DNA from: Gemmatimonadota bacterium
GTDB taxonomy: Bacteria; Gemmatimonadota; Gemmatimonadetes; Palauibacterales; KS3-K002
DNA length: 64,000 nt
Direction of reading: 5' to 3'
Assembly: GCA_039586575.1 (NCBI GenBank)
Contig: JBDHKD010000037.1
Location: 1,576 to 65,575, forward strand
Position 1 is the first letter of the stretch. Each line of letters starts with the position of its first letter. The position numbers and the translations under genes were made by a program. The notes beneath the pieces were generated by a model. The model worked only from the letters and a program-made list of their open reading frames with translations. It was not told the DNA's origin and did not search any database. This document shows, piece by piece, positions 49,575 to 56,961 of the stretch.

Positions 49575-51068
49575 ATGCTTGAGTCCGCCCTCATGAGGTT
49601 GAGCCTGGTGACCGTGCTCTGCGTCGTCGCGGTCTCACCGCTCGAGGCGCAGACCGACGCCGGCCGACGGGGCGAGCCGAGCCGCCTGGTGGCGGCGATG
49701 CTGGGCGATACGCCGCTGCTCGACGATCTTGCGTATCTGGCGGACGAGATCGGCGGACGGCCGACGGGCTCCGTCGCGAATCTCCGATCCGTCGAGTGGG
49801 CGTTTCAGCGGTTCCGCGAGGCCAACGTGGCGGCGCGCAAAGAGGCGTTCGTGATGCCCGGGCTCTGGCTCGAGCGCACGGCATCGGCCATGGTGAGCGG
49901 CGACGGCGTCGAGTTCCGGCCGCGTGTCGCGGCGATGCCGTTCGCGGCCGGCACACCGCTGAGCGGCATAACGCGACCGTTGCTCGATGGCGGCAGCGGC
50001 AGCGAGGCCGACTTCGAGCGGCTCGGCGATGAAGCACGCAACGCTTTCGTCTTGATCGAGACGCCGCTGCTGACCGATATCCCGGGCCTCTTCGTCGAGT
50101 ACGCCGAGGCGGCGGCAATCGAACAGCGGGCGTTCGAGGCCGATGTGGCCGGCGTGGTCTACATGGGCTCGCGCCCCAACAACATGCTCTACAGGCAGAT
50201 CGTATCTACCGGATTCGCCACCGAACGGCCGTTGCTCGTGATGGAGCGCGATGCCGCTCTGCGGGCGACGCGGCTCTTGCGCCGCGGCGTGGCGCTGGCC
50301 CTCGCCGTTACGCTGGACGTCGTTTCCGGCCCGGAGTACGAGAGCTACAACGTGATCGGTGAGATCCAGGGTGCCAGGCGGCCCGAGGAAGTCGTCGTGA
50401 TCGGTGCGCACATCGATTCTTGGGATCTCGGCACGGGCGTGCTCGACAACGGTGCCAACGTAGCCATGATGATCGACATCGCCCGCCAGATCCAACGGCT
50501 CGGCTTGCGGCCGGACCGCACGATTCGCTTCGCGCTCTGGAATGGCGAGGAGTTGGGGCTGCTCGGCTCCTACGGCTACGTACAGGCCCACCAGGACGAG
50601 CTGGATAACCACGTGTTGGCCGGCTCTATCGATATGGGATGCGGCCGGATCACCGGCTTCTTCACCGGTGGCCGCGCAGCGCTCCTCCCGGTGCTCGATG
50701 GCACCCTGGCGCCGGTTCGGGAATACGGGCCGTTCGAGCACATGAACGTACCGATCGTCGGCACCGATCACTTCGATTTCATGCTGGAAGGCGTGGCCAA
50801 CATCGTCGCCATCCACGAGTCGGCGACCTACGGCCCCAATTACCACGCCCGCACCGACCAACTCCACCAGTGCGACCCAGAGCAGCTGCGCCGCAACGCC
50901 GCCATCGTCGCCGCGGTGGTCTACGGGTTCGCGAACACCGAGCTGACCTGGCAGCGTCAGACGCGCGCCGAGATCGAGGAGCTGGTCGAAACCACCGACC
51001 TCGGCGCGAACATGCGTACCTTCGGCCTTTACGAGCCATGGCGGAGCGGTGAGCGCGGACGAAACTAG
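49575..51068 (+). CDS. Secreted M28 family peptidase (carboxypeptidase Q-like)
   Basis: Signal peptide, GAHIDSWD, DNGA, GEELGLLGS, TDH, YH..TD. Confidence 0.9.
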   Translation: MLESALMRLSLVTVLCVVAVSPLEAQTDAGRRGEPSRLVAAMLGDTPLLDDLAYLADEIGGRPTGSVANLRSVEWAFQRFREANVAARKEAFVMPGLWLERTASAMVSGDGVEFRPRVAAMPFAAGTPLSGITRPLLDGGSGSEADFERLGDEARNAFVLIETPLLTDIPGLFVEYAEAAAIEQRAFEADVAGVVYMGSRPNNMLYRQIVSTGFATERPLLVMERDAALRATRLLRRGVALALAVTLDVVSGPEYESYNVIGEIQGARRPEEVVVIGAHIDSWDLGTGVLDNGANVAMMIDIARQIQRLGLRPDRTIRFALWNGEELGLLGSYGYVQAHQDELDNHVLAGSIDMGCGRITGFFTGGRAALLPVLDGTLAPVREYGPFEHMNVPIVGTDHFDFMLEGVANIVAIHESATYGPNYHARTDQLHQCDPEQLRRNAAIVAAVVYGFANTELTWQRQTRAEIEELVETTDLGANMRTFGLYEPWRSGERGRN

Positions 51069-51080
51069 GGACCCGCGCCA

Positions 51081-51428
51081 ATGGATGAGACGCAGCTGAG
51101 GCTGACCGCAACGGACAGAATGCTCCTCGAGCGCAGCTCCGACTCCAGCGTGACTCGGCGCCGCGTCCGCGTCGTCGTCGCCAGTGGCCTGCTGCTGGCC
51201 GCCGCCCTCGTGGTTACCGCCCCGCTCCTCGAGTCGTGGGTCTTCCTCCTCTTCTTCGCCGTCGCCTACATCCTGGTGACGACCTGGGAACGCGTCGGCT
51301 ACGCCCGCACAATCCTCGCCTATAAAGGCCTCGTCCAGAAACTCGCCGCCCGACTCGACTCCCTGGAACGGCGCGGCGCCAAACCCTCGGGATCTCTTGA
51401 CACGACCCCACCACCCCCCGTAGCTTAG
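51081..51428 (+). CDS. Hypothetical small membrane protein
   Basis: Two TM segments, GC3-biased codons. Confidence 0.55.
   Translation: MDETQLRLTATDRMLLERSSDSSVTRRRVRVVVASGLLLAAALVVTAPLLESWVFLLFFAVAYILVTTWERVGYARTILAYKGLVQKLAARLDSLERRGAKPSGSLDTTPPPPVA
51397..51426 (+). promoter_or_regulatory. Putative sigma-70 promoter
   Basis: TTGACA-N18-TAGCTT. Confidence 0.55.
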
Positions 51429-51549
51429 GCTCCCTTTCAGCGAAAGACATCCAAGGGTCCGATCGCTGGTGCGAGGGAACTGCCGGCGTGGGGCTGGACT
51501 TCCGTGAGGCGGTGGGCGGGCTTCTGACCACCCCAATCAAGCGTGTGCG

Positions 51550-51720
51550 ATGAAGGAACGTAATCTACTTAACCAACCGGAGCCCAAGGCGGAGAGCGTG
51601 GCCGCGATCGGGACCGAGCGCAAGGGCTCGAAGGCGTGGCTCTGGGGTGCTTATACCTTCCTTATCTTGTGGGGCATGGCTTATCTGGTCCTGTTTTTCA
51701 CCGACCGACTTCCCATCTAA
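51550..51720 (+). CDS. 56-aa single-TM microprotein (CcoP/FixP N-terminal-like)
   Basis: MKERNLLNQPEPKAESVAAIGTERKGSKAWLWGAYTFLILWGMAYLVLFFTDRLPI; below the ORF-track cutoff. Confidence 0.6.
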   Translation: MKERNLLNQPEPKAESVAAIGTERKGSKAWLWGAYTFLILWGMAYLVLFFTDRLPI

Positions 51721-51753
51721 ATCCGTTTTTCCGATGATCTCTCGGGGGAGATC

Positions 51754-52284
51754 GTGAGCGTGGTCTGGGTCGTCGTGGTCGTCGTGGCGATCGTGGTTTT
51801 TGCTGCCTTGGTGGCGAGGTGGCGGCGCGAGGCCGGCCGGGCGCGAGAGGCTGGCCCGCCCAGGGAGGATGTGGCGCCGCCGGAGGAGCCGGGGGAGGAG
51901 GTGGAGGAGGTGCCTGAGGTTCCGGAGCTTCGGGCTCTGGAGGAGAGCCGGGGGGCTGAAAGGGCGACGGTAGCCGCCGCCGTCGAGGAGGCGATTCCGG
52001 AACCGCCGAAGAAGCCGGAACTTTCGGAGAAGCAGCTGCGCTCCCGCGTGGAGGAGGGGCTGGCGGAGTCGGAGCGCATGCTGAAGGAGTTGCGAGCGGC
52101 GGCGGAGCACGATGAAGGGCTGGCTCAACAGGCCGGCATGGTGGCGATCATCGAGGAGGGGCTTCAGGAGGTTCGGGCGCTGGCGGATCGCAAGAAGTGG
52201 AGCCAGGCCAAGGACAAGGGCGACGCCCTACGCGCGCAACTATCGCTGATGCTGCGGGGCGCCCGCCGCGAGCGAGCCCGCTGA
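51754..52284 (+). CDS. Hypothetical N-anchored, acidic coiled-coil protein
   Basis: N-terminal TM, Glu/Pro-rich linker, helical C-terminus. Confidence 0.7.
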   Translation: MSVVWVVVVVVAIVVFAALVARWRREAGRAREAGPPREDVAPPEEPGEEVEEVPEVPELRALEESRGAERATVAAAVEEAIPEPPKKPELSEKQLRSRVEEGLAESERMLKELRAAAEHDEGLAQQAGMVAIIEEGLQEVRALADRKKWSQAKDKGDALRAQLSLMLRGARRERAR

Positions 52285-52342
52285 TCTAGCCAATCGCCTG
52301 CATCCCGCCAATATTTCTGTTGTACGGGGCCCTTGCGGGGCC

Positions 52343-52371
52343 GGAAACCCTGGGCTAAGTCGTTTCGTAGG
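52343..52371 (+). promoter_or_regulatory. Putative ECF promoter of the pspA operon (GGAAAC-N17-CGTA)
   Basis: GGAAACCCTGG is identical to the motif at 4621, with the same spacing to CGT. Confidence 0.55.
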
Positions 52372-52377
52372 TTTGAT

Positions 52378-52668
52378 ATGGGGCTAACGCTGGTTGCGCT
52401 CCTCGTGTTGGTCTTCCTGGCGAAGATCGTGTTCATCGACTCGCCGGTAGGCCAGGCCTTGGGTGACGCTATCCGCAACATGGCACCTCCAAAGGTGCCG
52501 CCGGGGGCGGCCTCGCGAGCTGATCTCGAGTCGATGCGACGCGACATGGAGGAGCTTCGCGAGCAAGTGGACCGGGTGATCGAGGAGCAAGCGTTCTTGA
52601 CGCAGCTGCTCGCGGAGCCTGAGCGACTGCGCTTAGGGCCGGGCGATACGGAAGACCGCGACACTTGA
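52378..52668 (+). CDS. Small TM + coiled-coil protein (PspB-like topology)
   Basis: N-terminal TM, SPVGQALGD, heptad coiled coil; first gene of the pspA cluster. Confidence 0.7.
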   Translation: MGLTLVALLVLVFLAKIVFIDSPVGQALGDAIRNMAPPKVPPGAASRADLESMRRDMEELREQVDRVIEEQAFLTQLLAEPERLRLGPGDTEDRDT

Positions 52669-52684
52669 ACGTAGCGGAGGCCGG

Positions 52685-53074
52685 ATGGTCACGCGTGAGG
52701 ATGTAGAAGGCTACCTAGTCCGGATGGAGCTGCCCTTCCAGGAGATCGAGGAGGGGCTGTGGATGATCGGCGACGACCGAGAGACGGCGCCGGTGTTCGC
52801 GACCTATGCGCCTCCGCTGCTCCTGATCCGGGTCGAGGTCATGGACGTGCCGGAGGACGAATCGTTGCGGAACGGACTGTTCCGGGAGCTCTTGGAGCTC
52901 AACGCTACGGACCTGGTACACGGGGCGTACGGGCTCGACGAGAACCAGATCGTGCTGACCGACACGTTGCAGCTCGTAGATCTCGATTTCAGCGAGGTTC
53001 AGGCCGCACTGGAGAGCATCCTGCTGGCTTTACGGTCGCACTACGAGACGCTGCAGCGCTACAGAAAGCCATAG
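52685..53074 (+). CDS. YbjN/CesT-like chaperone-fold protein
   Basis: LFRELLELNA...HGAYGLD...TDTLQLVDLD pattern; upstream of pspA. Confidence 0.75.
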   Translation: MVTREDVEGYLVRMELPFQEIEEGLWMIGDDRETAPVFATYAPPLLLIRVEVMDVPEDESLRNGLFRELLELNATDLVHGAYGLDENQIVLTDTLQLVDLDFSEVQAALESILLALRSHYETLQRYRKP

Positions 53075-53084
53075 AGAGAGGGCT

Positions 53085-53861
53085 ATGAGTATCTGGAGCC
53101 GACTGTCCACAATGGTCAGGTCTAACCTGAACGACCTGATCGCTCGGGCCGAGAACCCCGAGAAGATGCTCAATCAGATCATCGACGACATGCGTTCGCA
53201 GCTGGCGCAGGCCAAGCAGGAGGTCGCGGTGGCCATCGCCGACGAGCGCAAGCTCCGCCGCCAGGTGCAGGACGAGCGGGATCAGGGTAGCGATTGGGAG
53301 CGGCGCGCGAAGCTGGCGCTGCGGGAGGGGCGAGACGACCTGGCGCGCCAAGCGCTGTTGCGCAGCAAGGAGCATGGCGACCACGCCCAGACGCTCGAGG
53401 GTCAGTGGCGAGGCCACGCTTCCGAGACCGAGAAGCTGAAGGACACGTTGCGGCAGTTGAGTAGTAAGATCGAGGAGGCGAAGCGGAAGCGTAACTTGCT
53501 GATCGCGCGCCAGAAGCGAGCCGCGGCGCAGAAGCGGATCCACGAGACGCTGACCGGGCTTTCGGATCGCAGCGCCTTCGAGGCGTTCGACCGCATGGCG
53601 GAGCGGATCGAGGACGCCGAGATCCGGGCGCTGGCGGCGGCGGAGGTAGACGAGGAGCTGGGTGGCGACGATCTGGAGCGACAGTTCAAGCGCCTCGAGG
53701 GCGGCGACATCGACGTCGAGCGTCAGCTGGCGGCGCTGAAGCAGGAGATGGGTCTGCTGCCGGCGGCGGCGGACGAGGCCCACTCCGAGGGCGAGGTCCG
53801 CGAGGCGGAGATCATCGAGGAAGAGGCGGAGCCGGAGGAGGAGGAGGAGGAAACTGGCTGA
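53085..53861 (+). CDS. pspA: PspA/IM30 (bacterial ESCRT-III) family protein
   Basis: MSIWSRL...AENPEKMLNQIIDDM, DDLARQAL, FDRMAERI. Confidence 0.93.
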   Translation: MSIWSRLSTMVRSNLNDLIARAENPEKMLNQIIDDMRSQLAQAKQEVAVAIADERKLRRQVQDERDQGSDWERRAKLALREGRDDLARQALLRSKEHGDHAQTLEGQWRGHASETEKLKDTLRQLSSKIEEAKRKRNLLIARQKRAAAQKRIHETLTGLSDRSAFEAFDRMAERIEDAEIRALAAAEVDEELGGDDLERQFKRLEGGDIDVERQLAALKQEMGLLPAAADEAHSEGEVREAEIIEEEAEPEEEEEETG

Positions 53862-55209
53862 TTCGAACTTCGGTATCAGCTCCCGCCAGGCCTACGGCGT
53901 TCTGGCGACGACGATCTTCGTCGTTCTCCTACTCCTCTTCATCAACAGCGTCGCCGATCTTCTCCTTCTCCTCTTCGTGGCGGCGCTGTTCGCCGTCTAC
54001 CTGGGGACCTTCACCGACTACTTGAGCCGGCGGCTGGGCGTGGCCCGCGGGTTGGGTCTCATCCTGGCGCTGCTCGGTTCGATCCTCGGGATCGGGCTGG
54101 TCGGCCTGCTCATCGTCCCGCCGGTGGTCAATCAGTTCCAGGACGTGTTCGAGGAGCTGCCTGAGCGGGTGACCGAGTGGGAGGGCGAGCTGGGCCGCGT
54201 GGCGCAAGAGAACCAGATGCTGCGTCGCCTGCTCGGCCCGCTCGGCGAGGGTCGTGAGGAGATTGATGCGCAGATCAGAGCTTGGGAAGACTCGGTCACC
54301 GAGGCCGAGTGGTTTCGCGACCGGGTCGCTGCGCTGTCGGCTCAAGGTGCCGCATCGAGCCAGGATCTCGAGGACGCGAGCGCGCGGGTCGATTCGGCAA
54401 CCGCCAGGCTCGCCGAGCTCCAGGCTCAAGCTGAAGGGTTCCTCGACCGGGCCTTTGACCAGGTGAGGGAATTCTTCGCAGACGCGCCCCGCTATGTCTT
54501 TTCCGGGATCGGCGTGCTCATTCACCTGGTGTCCGTGCTAATCATGGGCATCTACATGGCGTCGAAGCCATCGATCTATCGTGAAGGGCTCATCGCGCTC
54601 ACGCCGCCGACCTACCGAGAGCTGGCTCGCGACATCCTGGCCGACCTCGGTCACACGATGCGGTCCTGGCTTGTCGGCCTGGGGATCTCGATGCTGGTGC
54701 TGGGATCGCTGACCTGGGTCGGGCTGATTGTGCTCGATGTGCCGTACTCGCTCGCCTTCGGTGTCTTTACTGGGATCGCCGTGATCGTCCCCTTCTTCGG
54801 AACGATCGTATCGACGCTGTTGCCGGCGTTGTTCGTGATCGGTACTGGCGGTGTCTCGAAGGCGCTGCTGGTAATATTGCTGGGCGTCGTCGTGCACATC
54901 TTCGAGGCCAACGTGGTGGCGCCCATGGTGTTCGAGAAGCAGGTCGAGCTGCCGCCGGTGCTGACGATTCTCTCGGTGCTGGTGATGGCGAAGCTACTCG
55001 GCATCGTCGGCCTGCTGGTTGCCGTCCCGGTGCTGGCAGCCGCCATGGTTCTCATCCGGCGGATCTTCGTTCACCGCATTCTGGAAGGTAAGGGTTTCCA
55101 CCGGATCGAGAAGGACGCACCGGCGATCATCAGCCTGCCGACAGGGGACGGCGTTCTGGTGCATCCATCGGCCTCGGAAGTGAACATCCCGGCGCTGCTG
55201 GAAGGTTGA
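53854..55209 (+). CDS. AI-2E (PerM/TqsA) family transporter with an inserted helical hairpin; probable CTG start
   Basis: IVPFFG, EANVVAP, LPPVL, GIVGLLVAVP motifs; the first TM lies upstream of the tracked GTG and follows CTG at 53854 after GGAGGAGG. Confidence 0.88.
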   Translation: MADSNFGISSRQAYGVLATTIFVVLLLLFINSVADLLLLLFVAALFAVYLGTFTDYLSRRLGVARGLGLILALLGSILGIGLVGLLIVPPVVNQFQDVFEELPERVTEWEGELGRVAQENQMLRRLLGPLGEGREEIDAQIRAWEDSVTEAEWFRDRVAALSAQGAASSQDLEDASARVDSATARLAELQAQAEGFLDRAFDQVREFFADAPRYVFSGIGVLIHLVSVLIMGIYMASKPSIYREGLIALTPPTYRELARDILADLGHTMRSWLVGLGISMLVLGSLTWVGLIVLDVPYSLAFGVFTGIAVIVPFFGTIVSTLLPALFVIGTGGVSKALLVILLGVVVHIFEANVVAPMVFEKQVELPPVLTILSVLVMAKLLGIVGLLVAVPVLAAAMVLIRRIFVHRILEGKGFHRIEKDAPAIISLPTGDGVLVHPSASEVNIPALLEG

Positions 55210-55222
55210 TCGGGCACTGGTG

Positions 55223-55477
55223 ATGCCGCGCCGCTTCCTGATCCGCGCCGAAGGCCAACTCCAACACGAAGACGCGAAGACCGCCACCGGTGCCATCCGC
55301 TACCTGGAGGGCGAGGTGCTCGGCATCGCCCTCCCTACGGCGAGCCTCGGCGAAGCCAACGCCCGGGTCGCCATCGAGCAGGCCGAGGAGGACACGGGAT
55401 TGCCCGTCACCGATGCGGTGCGCTTCGGCGCCGGCAGGCTGGTCGGGCCGATATGGGAGCTGCTTAGCGAACGATGA
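55223..55477 (+). pseudogene. DUF1611-like gene remnant (N- and C-termini fused, core deleted)
   Basis: N-terminal AEG...AKTATGAIRY joined to C-terminal GIAL.T..L...A...I...E..TGLPVTD.VRFGA; the full family is about 350 aa. Confidence 0.65.
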
Positions 55478-55854
55478 TCGTTGGCATCGGCATCGATCTG
55501 GTGGAAGTCGAGCGGCTGCGGGCCGCCCTGGCACGACATGGTGAACGGGCGCGCCGTAGATTGTTCACTTCCCGGGAGGTTCGAGAATGTGAAGAGCGTG
55601 CCGATCCTGATCAGTGCCTGGCCGCCCGCTTCGCCGCCAAGGAGGCGGCTCTGAAGGCGCTGGGTTCGGGAAAGCAGCCAGCGATTCGCTGGACCGACCT
55701 GGAAGTCGTGCGGGCCGAGAGCGGTGCCCCGCGGCTCGAGCTTGGTGGTGGAGCGCGGGCGTTGGCGCAACGTATGGGAGTCGCGCGGGCCTGGGTCAGC
55801 CTCAGTCACGAGGCGGGGCTGGCGATCGCGCTGGTCGTGCTCGAGGCGGACTAG
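55474..55854 (+). CDS. acpS: Holo-[ACP] synthase
   Basis: MIVGIGIDLVE, AARFAAKEAALKALG, VSLSH. Confidence 0.95.
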   Translation: MIVGIGIDLVEVERLRAALARHGERARRRLFTSREVRECEERADPDQCLAARFAAKEAALKALGSGKQPAIRWTDLEVVRAESGAPRLELGGGARALAQRMGVARAWVSLSHEAGLAIALVVLEAD

Positions 55855-55857
55855 GTT

Positions 55858-56595
55858 CTAGGTCCTCAGAATCTTCCCGCCGTCGACCACGATCGTCTCA
55901 CCGGTGATGTAGTCCGAGCGGACCAGAAACAGCACCGTCCCAGCCACGTCTTCTGGCGTGCCCAGTCGTCGAAGCGCCGTCATGTCGGCGAGCTCGCGGC
56001 TCTCCGCGCCACTCAGTCCCTCCGGTGGCAGCACGGGGCCGGGCGCCACCGCGTTCACCCGGACCTCGGGCGCCAGCGCCCGCGCCAGCGCCCGGGTCGC
56101 CATGACGAGCCCGGCCTTGGAAACGCAATAGTGGGCGTAGCCGGGCCAAGCTTGAAAGGCCGCGACGTCGGCGATGTTGACGATCGACCCGGCTCCGGCC
56201 CGCCTCATCAGGTGCGCCGCCGCCTGGCTACAGAAGAAGGGGGCGCGCAGGTTGAGGGAGAGGACGCGCTCCCAATCTTCCTGTGTGATCTCCAGTGCGG
56301 GTCGCCGCTCGAAGACCGCCGCATTGTTGACCAGGACGTCGAGACGACCGAACGCCGCCTCGACCTCCGTGAACAGGCGCCCGATCTGGCTGAGGTCGGC
56401 AAGGTCGGCCTGGAAGGACCTTGCTGCCACCCCGAAGCTGCGCAGCTCCTCGACTGCGCTCTCGGCCTCGGCGGCCGATCTGCGGTGGTGGACGGCGACA
56501 TCGCAGCCGGCGGCGGCGAGAGCTCGGGCGATGGCTCGGCCGATCCGTCGCGTGCTACCGGTGACGAGCGCAACGTTTCCGCGTAGCTCTTCCAT
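55858..56595 (-). CDS. Pteridine reductase-like SDR (FolM/PTR1 type)
   Basis: TGSTRRIG (R in place of the middle G), NNAA, YCVSK, VAPG, YITGE..VDGG. Confidence 0.85.
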   Translation of the reverse strand: MEELRGNVALVTGSTRRIGRAIARALAAAGCDVAVHHRRSAAEAESAVEELRSFGVAARSFQADLADLSQIGRLFTEVEAAFGRLDVLVNNAAVFERRPALEITQEDWERVLSLNLRAPFFCSQAAAHLMRRAGAGSIVNIADVAAFQAWPGYAHYCVSKAGLVMATRALARALAPEVRVNAVAPGPVLPPEGLSGAESRELADMTALRRLGTPEDVAGTVLFLVRSDYITGETIVVDGGKILRT

Positions 56596-56599
56596 TCGG

Positions 56600-56790
56600 T
56601 CTCCTGGTGGAGAGCCAGTGAGGCAACCGCTCGACGGTAGTCGTCTCCAAGATGTCGGGAGGCGCGCCCCGTTTCACACGCACCGATTTTGCCGGTCCAC
56701 CGTCGTTGACGTGGAACGGGCGGACGTCCCAGGCCGCCACGGCATCCGGGTCGGGTTTCGCATCCCTTAGTGGCCAGAACGGCACAGGCG
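56600..56790. ncRNA. Candidate structured RNA (6S-like rod or cis-regulatory leader); strand unresolved
   Basis: Nested long-range complementary arms around a central bubble; see findings. Confidence 0.4.
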
Positions 56791-56792
56791 CC

Positions 56793-56822
56793 AAGTTAGT
56801 GGTGCCCCGCGCCGCCTATCAA
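56793..56822 (-). promoter_or_regulatory. Putative sigma-70 promoter on the minus strand
   Basis: TTGATA-N18-TAACTT on the reverse complement, pointing toward the SDR gene. Confidence 0.5.
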
Positions 56823-56961
56823 GCGGGGCCGGTGGCCAGTCGGCAGGCGGGCCGGCGCCCGCGACGGGCCAGCCTCCTGGCGGACGCAGTGTCCTGCTCG
56901 GTACTATTGGGCGGAGGTGGCCCGGCTGTGGGCCGGGCGATCGAAACCACGAGGACGGCCA

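Noticed and set aside
44222-51428. Integron cassette array, prophage or defence island
   Set aside because: No integrase, attC-like repeats, phage structural genes or recognisable defence domains
56555-56794. 79-aa minus-strand ORF upstream of the pteridine reductase
   Set aside because: Its TTG lies inside the predicted -10 box, it overlaps the SDR start, and it has no protein-like features; an RNA structure explains the region better
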